Assembly (NCBI GenBank): GCA_965645245.1
Contig: OZ287075.1
Span: 930,001 to 994,000 of the forward strand
DNA from: Massalongia carnosa
Taxonomy: Eukaryota
Direction: 5' to 3'
DNA: 64,000 nucleotides
The notes beneath the pieces are model-generated. The model did no database searches, was not told where the DNA came from, and was given only the letters and a program-made list of their open reading frames with translations. How positions within the stretch are numbered: position 1 is the first letter of the stretch; each line of letters opens with the position of its first letter. This document shows positions 12,934 through 25,114 of the stretch, one piece after another. The translations under genes and the position numbers were made by a program.

Positions 12934-14361
12934 ATGCCATCTTTCTACCGAAACACTCAGCCGCGCCAGATGCCACCAACCCCACCGGATCATTGTGGAG
13001 CCTACCAAGAAAATACCACCTCCATGTTTCAGCAGCCAACGTTGATCTCAAATCAGCACCCTATGATCTCTCGCAATGAGTTGTTAGGGCTTGAGGGATC
13101 CGACTTCATGAAGCCACGTCCTCAGATATCTAATAACCTGTCGCATCAAGCAGTTTATGCTAAGGACAACAACCTTCTCTTGGGTTCAGTTTATGCTGCT
13201 CCCTCGTATGCTGGGGTGAATGCGCCGCTGTTACCGCCAATCAGGGTCCCAGATCGCTCCCTTGACGATCATCAACACCTTCGATCTAAGCGCACGCAAC
13301 CTACGTCACAGCAAATACCGGAAAAGGCGGTGGGTGGCGTTGCAGCCCACTTGGATTATGAGATGGAGCAAATGGCCGACTTTGTAGCCGAAATGGCACA
13401 GGGAATGTATACTCTCTATGAATCCCGAATCTGCTTAGCAGATATTGACATCATTCGAAGTGTTAATCCAAACGTATTAATTCCACCTGCTTTTCGCAAA
13501 TACGTTTTACAAGTTCTTTCTTCGACCCGCTTACCCAGCACCACTATTCTTCTTGGTCTCTATTATCTCGCTACCCGCATGACTATGCTATCAGTTAGCG
13601 GAAGGTATACCACTGGTAGTGGGCAGGTTTACCGTATGCTTGTGACATCGCTGTTGCTTGGCTCTAAATTCTTGGATGACAATACCTTCCAAAACCGTTC
13701 CTGGTCTGAAGTTAGCAACATACCTGTCAGTGAGCTGAACGTGCTGGAGATTGAATGGCTATTGGCTATCAACTGGGATATGCACGTTAAATACGATGAT
13801 CCACAGGGATTTCAGCTTTGGCATAAGCATTGGGAGAGGTGGCAGATCAAGAATGTGGAAATCTCTATGGACTCGCTGAAGTTGACGCCTCTCGATCCTG
13901 GCATTACACGGCAAGGGTCGTTGAACAAGCAGTTTTCTCAGTCTCCGCTGTATCCTACACTGTACAAGGACGCCACTTTCAGCACTGCTATTAAAGAACA
14001 CCTGCAGCTTCAGTGGCAGACCCCTTGTCATGATCAGTGGCCCTCGTTGCGGGTTCGTACGGATTACTCTCCCCCCTCAGCCCCAGAGACCGGCCCTACC
14101 ACACCCGACTGGTATGGACACTTTGGGAGCTATGCTTTTGGAACCAATTCAAGGAAGTACAATACGAGAACAACTCCTTTATCAACACATAGCCTATCGT
14201 CAAATGGTCAGTTTCCAGGCTACCAGACGCAATATACTCCGCAATATGGCCCAAATGCCTGGAATAACCACGGGGCCCATTGTGGATGTGTTTATTGTAT
14301 CCCTCACCACGATCGTTACCTCATGGCTTCTGGATTTGGACCTCAACCAGTTGCGGGTTAG
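12934..14361 (+). CDS. CLG1: Pho85-type cyclin Clg1-like
   Basis: GGVAAHLDYEMEQMADFVAEMAQGMY...FRKYVLQVLSSTRLPSTTILLGLYYL...LLLGSKFLDDNTFQNRSWSEVS. First ATG at 12934. Confidence 0.87.
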   Translation: MPSFYRNTQPRQMPPTPPDHCGAYQENTTSMFQQPTLISNQHPMISRNELLGLEGSDFMKPRPQISNNLSHQAVYAKDNNLLLGSVYAAPSYAGVNAPLLPPIRVPDRSLDDHQHLRSKRTQPTSQQIPEKAVGGVAAHLDYEMEQMADFVAEMAQGMYTLYESRICLADIDIIRSVNPNVLIPPAFRKYVLQVLSSTRLPSTTILLGLYYLATRMTMLSVSGRYTTGSGQVYRMLVTSLLLGSKFLDDNTFQNRSWSEVSNIPVSELNVLEIEWLLAINWDMHVKYDDPQGFQLWHKHWERWQIKNVEISMDSLKLTPLDPGITRQGSLNKQFSQSPLYPTLYKDATFSTAIKEHLQLQWQTPCHDQWPSLRVRTDYSPPSAPETGPTTPDWYGHFGSYAFGTNSRKYNTRTTPLSTHSLSSNGQFPGYQTQYTPQYGPNAWNNHGAHCGCVYCIPHHDRYLMASGFGPQPVAG

Positions 14362-15403
14362 CTGGGAAATATTTGTCGATGGCATTACTCTCAATTTGCA
14401 AACTCGACCTGGGAAGCTCCAGCTTCTGGTCCAAATCATACCTCAAAAAATACGCCATGAGTTTCGGTGGGGCTCGTCTGCTCAATACACTCCTGTCTTG
14501 CGATGTCAAATCTGATTCAGGCTTGGTTCTTTAAGATCGGTAACTCCTGGACGATCGACATCACTTTACCTTTTCCAAGTGGCTTACGTTCTAGCCTTAG
14601 ATTCCTGATGGTGCTGCATGGCGTTATTGGTTTATTCGTGTCTGACGGCCTCTAAAACCCCATTTCACTTTCGAATCATCACCTTCACCCCCGCAAAAAT
14701 TTCATTTCCATTTTTTTCTTACTAGAATCTTTGAGGCGTTTCTTCTCTTCGGGATCATTCATATGGTTTTCTCGGTGGAGGGCGTTGTTCTTGAGTCCTT
14801 CCCTTTCAAGATGGCGAACAGCTATGAGTTTGCGGCGGTAGGGGGGGGGGGGATGAGGGCGGGTTACAGCTGTTCGATGCTCTGTTTGCATGACCACTCG
14901 TTATCGAACCCATTTTTCTTAAGACGACTAAAAGTGCGGAATGGCCCAAGACATTAGCATTGCATTCTTTGCGCTGGCAGGAGGGACCGCATCGGTGCCA
15001 TTATGGATAGGTCTCTTGCTGTCCTTCTTTCCACATCACACAAAAAATCTTGTAATTTAAAAAGGGGATTCGCATGGGCTTGGAGATGGTCTGGGCAGTG
15101 ACTATCATATCAATCCATTGGTACGTTCGTATCAGGACAATTAACGAGTTTCGAACCCCCCATTGCCAATTTCTTTCCGCTATGATACTGTCGTCTATGC
15201 ATGCATTGAGAACAGCGCGTGATTTACAAATCCCAGTAAATCATAGGATCAATCAATCAACATAAGTTTAGTGTAGTCGGTCGGTCGGTCGGTCAGTCAA
15301 TCGAGTTCCATTGTGACAAAGCAGGTGCAAACAAACATCATGATTATGTAACGCGAGAAGAGTAAACGAATAGGTAGTTCCATAGTTGATAGGAATGGAT
15401 CGG

Positions 15404-15796
15404 CACGCGGGTGAAAAAAAAAGATGCAACGTGGGCAGAGGTTACCCCATGATCACCCCACCAAAAACCCTTCCAATTCCCCCTAAATTCCATCTAAAAA
15501 TCATGTTTAATACAGTTATTGCACCGTGACTGTCAATCACAGCTTGATTTGCGACCTCGAGTGTCATATATTTCTGACCCTTTATATTCTGCTCTTTCAG
15601 ATCTAACATCAAATTCTTTGAAAATATCGCGCACGTCGTGTGGAATACCTTTAGAAGAAAGATATTAATGCGCGCCTTGCAATTTAGCCTTCAGAGGAGT
15701 ATCATAATGTAGCATCACGTTTGAAAAGATGAGATTTCTGTGGGGTAGTCTGGGGTTAACCTCGGCCCACGTTGCATCTTTTTTTTCACCCGCGTG
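15404..15796. mobile_element. 393-bp non-autonomous TIR element (MITE) with CAC...GTG ends and 5-bp TSD ATCGG
   Basis: Left end CACGCGGGTG(A9)GATGCAACGTGGGCAGAGGTTACCCCA; right end (rc) CACGCGGGTG(A8)GATGCAACGTGGGCCGAGGTTAACCCCA. ATCGG flanks both sides (15399-15403 and 15797-15801). No internal ORF. Confidence 0.9.
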
Positions 15797-16586
15797 ATCG
15801 GTAACCAAATAATTAACGCGAAGGTTTGCTTGCTTTTTATTCGTTAGGGGAAGTATATTATATGTGATGAATTATAGTGAATGGGTATATATGTATATAT
15901 GGATAGATAGTATATGATATATAGTAAGTGACATATAGTAAGTGGTGTTATGGTGGTATTTATGTTGTTTGGTCGTCACTTTTTACACACTGCACGAGTG
16001 AGGGTACATACCTAAGACAAAATTGAGGAAGAGTATAATATACATACGTACGTACCTCCATGCAAGTTTTTTCCACAATCAGTTAGGGTGGAGAGGGGAG
16101 GGGGGGGTGAATGTTGATTGAGTAGTGGTCGATCGGTCAAAAAGCCCTGCAAGAGAAAGAAAAGAAGGAAAGGGGGGGGGAAAAAAGGGGGGGAAGAAAA
16201 AAAAGGGGGAGAGGGGAAAGGTAAATGGATGAACGTAGCATTTGTTATTAGTTAGCTTCTCAGATGTGGTTTTAGTAGGAGGTCTATGTATTCCATCCAG
16301 ATCATGAAGCAAGAGTAGTAATAGAAGATTAGATAGATATAGACTAATTGAATTTTCTAGATTTTTTTTATCGAGGTTAGTTAGCTTTATAGATGTCCCA
16401 GTTTCTAGCCATTACCCCCTTTCCTTCCTTCGTTCCTTCAAGCTATAAAATCATCAAATATGCTGGTTAAAAGAATGTGCATGTGCATTCCCAGGCCCAA
16501 ACCCCCAAAAAAAACTTTTACCGTCTTTTTCCTGCCTCCTAAACCAATGACAGAAGAAGGCTCCTGGATGAAAATGTAACGATATA

Positions 16587-18520
16587 TCAAACCCCGGCTT
16601 GCTTGACAATTCCTGCAACTTTTGCGGCCAAATCATCCGCTTCACCTCTCGTTGCCGCCTCGGCGTACACCCTTACCGCATCCTCGGTGCCGCTGGCTCG
16701 CGCAAAGCTTCGGCCATTCTTGTACTTCCCCACCAGAGCATCTATCTGTGCCTGAACGCCAGGTGGACTTTCGAGTTTGCGCTCCGCGTCCACAGTCTTA
16801 AAGATGTTCCGATCCTCAACCTCAACGCGCACCAAACGGTTTGGAAGATCGGTATAGGTCAAGTCCCATTCTTTGGGTCCCCAACCTTTGTGGGCGAGAA
16901 TGACTTCTACCAAAAGGAGGTCTGAGAGGGCGTCTCCAACGGTTTGGTTGATCAACAAAGTTAGAGCACGTAACGTCTCGAGGGCCGAAGCTTGTGCAGG
17001 CGACTTGGGCTCGTATTTGGTAAGCCTCTTAAGCGCCAAATCGGAGAAAACCACGGTGCCGTGCCCGTTAGCTTCAAAATATACCCCAACATCAAATTTA
17101 GTGGCTGCATGGTGCAAATACTTGACACCTGTAGGCGTGCACACCACGGGCAACTTCAGGTCTTGGGTCACATAGGCCGTGCTTGCTCCGTTCGCATACG
17201 CAGTTTGTACGACACCCACCTTAAGTCTCTCCCCTAATCCAGCACTTCTTGCCAGGTCGCCTATAAATAATGCTGCGAGGGTAGCAATACGGTCACCATC
17301 AAGAAGCCGAAAGGTATTGTCCGCATCCACGAAGTAATATACTATGCGGTCGGCATCTCCGTCGAGTGAGGCACATCTCGTCAATCTACTAGCCTGTGAT
17401 GACGGAGGAGCACGTTGTCCTGTCTTTACGAAGTCTGCTCCACACTGTCAAGAGAATCATCAGTACTCCTAGTGCTTGAGAATTGAATCATTTACTCAAG
17501 GGTGTACCTGATAGTTCAGACGTTCTGGATCTAAAACATCGTCGTTAACAACTTTGATATCAAGCCCACCTTCGGATACAGCTGGTAGGTATTTGAGCAA
17601 TTCTCTTAGCTTTGGCCCGCCAACCCCGTTCGCACAATCTACTGTAACGGATCCGTTGGGCTTTCGGCCTTTCATAGCCGATCTGAACGACGATGTAATC
17701 TTCTCGTAGTAGCCTTGCTCAGTCGGGACTCCATACTCAAACTGCGTGCCCTTGGTATTCAAACAGCGAGTAAGGTAATGTAATTGAGGAGTGGTGAGAA
17801 TCTTGAAATCAGTGTACTCAGCCTCAGCAGCGCTGAGACCTTCGACAAGAGCAGTGACTAGATGAGGTCCCGAAGCTCGTGTGTCACGAGCAAAAATTAC
17901 GCGAGCCTTAGCTTTCGGTTTGATCTTTAGATCCTCTGTCAGTTTCTCATAAAGCTGAGCAAGCAACTCGTCCGTCGGCGCATTTGCGAGCGCGGTAGCG
18001 AAAGTCTCCCAAGATCCCTTTACCCATCATCAATATTTGAAAGGATAACAAGACTAATGCTTGGAAATTGTACCTCCAACATCTCTCCCTAGCCCGAGAA
18101 TTAGCTTACAATATTAGACTAGATGAAAACAGGGGTACTCTTACCATGGGGTCAACTAATTTAACACCATTATCGTCTGGAGGATTATGGCTGGCAGTAA
18201 TCATAACTCCTACGACTTGTCCGTTCAATTTTCTTGATCGCAAGGCCGCCAACAACCCAATACGAAAGACAACAGAATCTAGAAGCAAGCTGTGCTCATA
18301 GAAAATTCAGCCATTTCCCTAGGACTGAGTTTCTGAATTCGTAAACTGTGGAGAGTTCACGCCAAAACCTACGATTTCATGCGGAACTGCAAGTCATTTT
18401 AGCGATTGCGGCAACAGACTAGGTTGTGTGACTCACTCCGGCGGTGCCATACTGAAATATTTTATCAGCAGGCTTAGAGTACCGAGCCGAACTCGATATA
18501 ATTGCGTCAATAGAAACCAT
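16587..18520 (-). CDS. PCM1: Phosphoacetylglucosamine mutase
   Basis: Motifs [38 protein letters not shown] and RASGTED. Spliced via micro-exons 18373-18386 (14 nt) and 18074-18088 (15 nt). Confidence 0.95.
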
Positions 18521-18848
18521 TTTGATAAAGTGAAGTAGCCTCAGATTTGTTCAACAAGTATTGAAGACTAGAAGAAAATGAGAGTCGAGGTATGAATTTC
18601 GGATTCAGGGCCACCCTGAGTGAGCCCCTCCGTCGCCTGCTTTGCCTTGAACTAACTTAGCCTAGATTCGATTCGTATTCGTATTCGCACATCAACGTCG
18701 CAAAAGTTTGCTTCGGATTTCTGGGAGAAAAAGAGAAAGAAAAACCATTATCGAGGACAGCACATGGAAATTGAGCAGATGAAGTGGCAAGAAACTAAAG
18801 TGTTTTTTTGCGAATCCCAAAAACTGGAATAGCCATGTGGCGTCCGCA

Positions 18849-20007
18849 TCAGGCCTTGAGCCTTTCTCCAGCTAGATCCTCACGTGAATCTTTGATAAGA
18901 AAGCTGATGGATAACCCGTCAGCTTCATGTACTATACTTCATGAATCTGAAGGACCTTACTTATACCACCAGATTGTGGGCCCAACAGTTCCCAAATGCC
19001 ACAAACTGTGTGCATCGACCATGCCTTTGATCGGGGGGAAATCCAATAACTCAAAGCTCATAGCCATAACGATCCACGCAAAAATTAGGCCAGGCCAAGC
19101 TGCCCATGGCTTTCTCAGTCTCTGATATCGCTTTACGCTAAACCAACTCCAAATTATGTTCTGTATTACCCCCACAGTTACATTCGCCGCCATGTTGTAA
19201 GTATAATCCCAACGCCATAGCGTGAGATAAGTGACGTGAGCGACGTAAAGCAGCACGCATATAGTTGTCCACAGACGTAATAAAGTGTTTTTAATCACGG
19301 GTGTTTTTTGGTCCAGCCGAAAAACCCTGATAGGAGCATAATAAAATCCATAGAGCACACTTGCTCCAGCAGCGAAGTAATCTAATCTCTCCGTAAGATT
19401 GAAGTCCCGAGTATGGAATATCATGCTGAAAAGCCAACTCGCAAGCCCCATATAGCTGAACATAACATAATATTTACGGAGAGAATAGTCGGCAGGTATG
19501 CTATCGTAGATTCTCGATAGGCCATCACGATGAGCGAGGAAGTTGAGGAGAGAGAAAAGCACCGAACAAGGCTCTTGAACACCGAAGATACGATAGAAAG
19601 GCCATTTGCCATGATACTGAAGTACAGGACTTGACATGGGAGGAATGCTAGAGACTCGTCGCTCGGTGATAATATGCTGGCATACATAATCACAATTGGA
19701 GGAACACGTCCAGAGGAGAAGGCGGAGATGAATAGCTGAATCAAGTACGTTAGCTTGTGTCAATGCAGTTGCTATTGTGAAGCTTACGAATAGAAGAATC
19801 TCCATTCCTACAATTCTCTGCCACGCATACCTGTAAAGTTGAGCACAATCAGCTAACAATTCGAAAGTTGTAACATACTGAGACGCATTGACCAAATTCT
19901 GGTAGTCGATCGCCTTGGGAAGCGCAAGTCGAGTTGATGAAACTTGATAAGAGAAGTAAGTGAAGCACGACATGTATCTGCCATGCGCATTGCCATCGAA
20001 TGATCAT
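18849..20007 (-). CDS. PER1: GPI lipid-remodelling protein Per1/PGAP3
   Basis: Signal peptide then ASQGDRLPEF..C, LLWTCSSNCDYVCQH, QYHGKWPF..GVQEP, FHTRD, DAHSLWH. Three GT-AG introns; stop at 18849-18851. Confidence 0.92.
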
Positions 20008-20224
20008 GATGCGGAATTTCTTTACACGGAACAATGCGAATATCGCCAAAAACCCTGTTTAAAAAAGGGGTAATGTAATACCTATTGATATTAAAACTTG
20101 AAATTAGGATTCAAGTTAACGTCTATAGTTATTTTCAATTCTTTAGCTACATGTTTTTAAAAATTAAACAGCTATAATTAAAATTTTAATTATACGAAAG
20201 TTAAAAATAAGCTAAAATAACCAA

Positions 20225-20306
20225 TGGAGGAGCGGAGGATCGAACTCCGGGCCTTCCGCATTAATACTAATGCAAAGCGGACGCTCTACCACTGAGCCAC
20301 ACCCCC
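20225..20306 (-). tRNA. tRNA-Ala(TGC) with a 10-nt intron (20261-20270)
   Basis: GGGGGTGTGGCTCAGTGGTAGAGCGTCCGCTT-TGC-A[TTAGTATTAA]TGCGGAAGGCCCGGAGTTCGATCCTCCGCTCCTCCA folds as a cloverleaf with the G3:U70 alanine identity pair. Confidence 0.95.
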
Positions 20307-20505
20307 AATTTTAAATTTAAAACTATTTATTTATTAAATTATTATAATTTACAAAATAAAGATTAATATTACGGCTAGCTAATCCTAGTTCCCGAATTTC
20401 CGAGAATTTCGGGTAACAAATCTTTAAGCTCGACTTAACATTAAACACGGCATGATGCGCTGACCCATCAACAACGCCTTAATCTGTTTGGCAAGGAGCT
20501 CCAAA

Positions 20506-21915
<1,410 letters not shown>

Positions 21916-22223
21916 CTAAGATTCATATCCCAATGTTTCACGGTAAACATACCCATGTTCAGCGAGCATAAGATGCATGCAAGGCGATCAAAGCGAGTTG
22001 GACGATCGAGTATTGTGGCTTCTATTTCATGTTCTTGTTGGCCTATTAGAGTTCGCTTGAATACTACGTTCGAGCGTTTTAAACACTTTGTCTTAAAGCG
22101 AGGCCTTTGCGAGCTTTCCACAGGGAAATGTAGCTTTCTGTAAGTCCATTTACTTTGATTAACTCCATGTTCATTTTCCCACTCCGAGCCTTGCACTTAG
22201 TAAGGCTTCATAAACAATAACTT

Positions 22224-22823
22224 TCATTTCAAAGGCTTTTCTTCATCAGCCCGCACCCGATGTCTTACCCTCATCAAAGCTTTCCCCAGCAAGTTTTGGC
22301 CCCAGTTGTCACGTTTTGACCCAGCATTTTTGGCGCCATACCCAACACCCCAAATTCTATCACGTGGGGAAGCCTTTTTATCAAGTCACTAATGAGACGT
22401 CAAACAAGTAAGAGTGTTATTTCCCCATACCTCAACTAACTCCCTTTCTCCAGTATCTAGCAATAGCTTTTTCAACTCCGATTGTCCTGTGGGAGTGCAG
22501 AACTTGTGCCAATTTCCCTCTTCCACAATTCTTTCTCGATGCTCGTTCCACGTCTTGTCATCAAACCCCTTGACTTTTCTCCCCAAGGCCTTCTGCTTCT
22601 TTGGCGTGTCGGCCACCATGATCTCCTCCGCTGTTTCGGTGTCGCCGAAGAGAATACCTTTGTGGTACATCATGTATTGCTCTGTGGTTGCAAAAATCAT
22701 TGTGGGAGTATCGGGTGTTGGCGAGGGAGCAGAAAAGGGCGCGGGGTACCATTGAGAAAGATACGATTGTGTTTCACCGAATTCTCTCCAAAAGTATATA
22801 GGACCGCTGTCTGATCTTGGCAT
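22224..22823 (-). CDS. NADAR/YbiA (DUF1768) family protein
   Basis: IYFW...YLSQWYPAPF...TTEQYMMYHK...KALGRKVKGFD...LLDTGERELVE|ASPRDRIWGVG...GQNLLGKALMRVR. Intron 22374-22430. Confidence 0.9.
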
Positions 22824-22864
22824 TGTGATTTTAGGCTTGATCTTGGAAAAAGTATGAAGTGTAT

Positions 22865-25022
22865 CCCTCTCGCTGTCATTCTAGCACCCCCCCCCCAAGC
22901 TAAACCATTGTTGGTTAGAAAGCGCTAAACCTTAAACTTTTGACCAATCAATGTTATTCCTATTCACAAGAAGTTGTACGGAGTATCAGATACCTATTTA
23001 CTCGTCCCCTATCATATGAATAGCTTCCCAACAGCTGGCTTTCTTAGAGCAGGGCCTGATTGGATTACATCCTCCACAAGCCCATATAGTCTGAGCACCC
23101 CTTCGCCTTCTTTTACGCCCATCGACACTTATTTCAGCCAGTGGCTCTCCCTTCCGCTTTGAAGGTCGTTTTTTCTCGGCGTTACATTGCACACATCTTT
23201 TTCTGCCTTCAAGACGAACGTAATGATGAATGGGAGATGGTACTAAAGCATCAATCGTGGTATTGATGTTTATCTTTGATGAGCCGGGCCTGATGCCCGC
23301 TTGATTTGATATCAGTTCAAGAGCAATCCGACGAAGAAATTCAGAACGAGTAAATTTTATCTCCTCGGAATCGAAAGAGTTCAGCGAGTAAAGTTTATAG
23401 GCATTCAATCCGGCTGCATCTAAAATAAAAATGAACAAAGGCCACCAGTAACGATCCGTTCGACGATTGTATGAGTAAATCGCTCGTTGCTGAGCGTTTC
23501 CATCCGATCCCCCCATATGAAGATTATATTCTTTGATTGGGGCTGGTATCGGTAATCCTAAGGGCCGTTGAACCTCTTGATTGAGCAAGGGAATGGAGTG
23601 AGCCAGAGTTGATGGGAAATACGATACAATAGGTTGAAGAGAGGTCTCGGGAATTCCATATCTCTTGTGCGGATTTATATAGTGCATTTCGTACAAGTCC
23701 TGAGGAGAATGACCGGTGGTCATGTACTGCACACCATTATTATCCACCCAGCCCATACAAAGCACCTTATCGTCGACCACCATATGGGCCTGAAGACCCC
23801 AGTCTTTTCCTTTTGAAGTGACGTCCCGTATGGCCAACAATTCTTCTGGAAAGCCCGAGCCCTTTTTAGCAGTTCCACTGGCAGCTATTCCGATTGATCG
23901 AAGTGCCTTGAATAATTTCGTACTAGTAAAGAAATTATCACAGAAAAGATGATAATTCAGTGAGGATGGAAGTTCTTTACATAACTGAATCACTAGCAAA
24001 GCACTAGGAGTTAGTTTATCTTTTGGCAAAAATCCCAATTGTCTGACTGTTTTCAATTCACTTATTCTGCTACTCTTCGAGGCAAACATAAATGACAACA
24101 GATAATTATCCTGACAGAGACTGTAGATTTTAAATCCTTTATGGGCACTTTTTGTAGTAATCTGCAAGGTATGTCGAGAACGGCCCTTGAATAACACCAG
24201 CTGTTCATCTATAGATATCATACTTCCTGGTCTGCAATGTTTCAATGAAGTCTTTCGGAAATCAGTAGCCAACGGTTCCAGTTTCTTCCACCAATCAGGT
24301 CCTTGACCAAGTCCGATAGGCTCAGTCTGTCCATTATTGATTTTCAAAAATCGTTTGATTTGTTGAAATCGACCAAGCGACATCGCGGACAGAATAGGCA
24401 TGATAACTGGTTTGTCAGGACGTTGATTCCAATAATCCTCTGTAGCAGGTAGATGATCGAGTCCCATAAGAATTAATATGCCCAAAAAAACCTCAATTTC
24501 CGAGTCAGTCCAAACCCGATGATTGTTCTCCTTCTCCTTTTCCATGTAGTTATTTGCCTTGATATTGGTATGATTTGCGATGATACGACAATGCTGCCTT
24601 GTTATAAATAACCGAAATAATCCCAAAGGATTTCGAGAATCGTTTTCAACGAGCGGAACAAAAGGCCTGTTTTCAACCCGAATGGGGGTATATTTTGAGG
24701 AAATAGGGGGAAGGTCGATTAAAATATCCCGAACACTTCTTTTGCGATTTATTTTATGTTGCTTCGCTGAAATGGGAGATTTGTCTGATACACTCGGGAT
24801 TTCTTCTTCATTGAGCGTCATACTTATAATATCAATTCCGAAGCTAGAAGAATAGTAATTTATGTGATTTATTTTGATTGAATGACCGAATAGTATTCTT
24901 TGAAAAGTAAACAAACGCGCAAACACTCTAGAGAAAACTAATGTTCTGATGACTCATCGGTGCGGAAGCTAGTCCAATATAGATTAGCTTGGGAGGGGGG
25001 TGCTAGAATGACAGCGAGAGGG
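22865..25022 (-). mobile_element. piggyBac-superfamily DNA transposon, 2158 bp, apparently complete
   Basis: 39-bp TIRs CCCTCTCGCTGTCATTCTAGCACCCCCC[C/T]CCCAAGCTAA at 22865-22903 and 24984-25022 (one mismatch). Flanks are GTAT (22861-22864) and ATAT (25023-25026). Contains a single transposase ORF. Confidence 0.93.
22998..24821 (-). CDS. piggyBac-type (DDE_Tnp_1_7-like) transposase, uninterrupted
   Basis: Catalytic motifs SIDEQLVLFKGR, FCDNFFTS and YNLHMGGSD; C-terminal Cys-rich domain HH...RCVQC...CGGC...C...CW..H. First ATG at 24821; the open frame extends to a GTG at 24926. Confidence 0.9.
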   Translation of the reverse strand: MTLNEEEIPSVSDKSPISAKQHKINRKRSVRDILIDLPPISSKYTPIRVENRPFVPLVENDSRNPLGLFRLFITRQHCRIIANHTNIKANNYMEKEKENNHRVWTDSEIEVFLGILILMGLDHLPATEDYWNQRPDKPVIMPILSAMSLGRFQQIKRFLKINNGQTEPIGLGQGPDWWKKLEPLATDFRKTSLKHCRPGSMISIDEQLVLFKGRSRHTLQITTKSAHKGFKIYSLCQDNYLLSFMFASKSSRISELKTVRQLGFLPKDKLTPSALLVIQLCKELPSSLNYHLFCDNFFTSTKLFKALRSIGIAASGTAKKGSGFPEELLAIRDVTSKGKDWGLQAHMVVDDKVLCMGWVDNNGVQYMTTGHSPQDLYEMHYINPHKRYGIPETSLQPIVSYFPSTLAHSIPLLNQEVQRPLGLPIPAPIKEYNLHMGGSDGNAQQRAIYSYNRRTDRYWWPLFIFILDAAGLNAYKLYSLNSFDSEEIKFTRSEFLRRIALELISNQAGIRPGSSKININTTIDALVPSPIHHYVRLEGRKRCVQCNAEKKRPSKRKGEPLAEISVDGRKRRRRGAQTIWACGGCNPIRPCSKKASCWEAIHMIGDE

Positions 25023-25114
25023 ATATTCTTAAGAAGTTATTATAGATACTATAGTGCTGGAGCGAAAGGTGGTATGCGACCACGGGTGGCTCACGATGAG
25101 CAAGTATGAGTCAT
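24949..25114. promoter_or_regulatory. Two perfect Gcn4/CpcA (AP-1-like) consensus sites
   Basis: ATGACTCAT at 24949-24957 inside the transposon 5' end and ATGAGTCAT at 25106-25114 in the host flank. Function is not shown by the sequence. Confidence 0.45.

Noticed and set aside
15248..15300. (ATCA)3 and (GTCG)4 near the MITE as a possible second LINE tail
   Set aside because: No upstream similarity to the LINE 3' UTR and no TSD; these are ordinary microsatellites.
15404..15470. RSS-like heptamer/nonamer (CACGCGG ... CCAAAAACC) in the left end of the MITE
   Set aside because: The spacing is ~50 nt rather than 12 or 23, and the nonamer is not mirrored at the other end.
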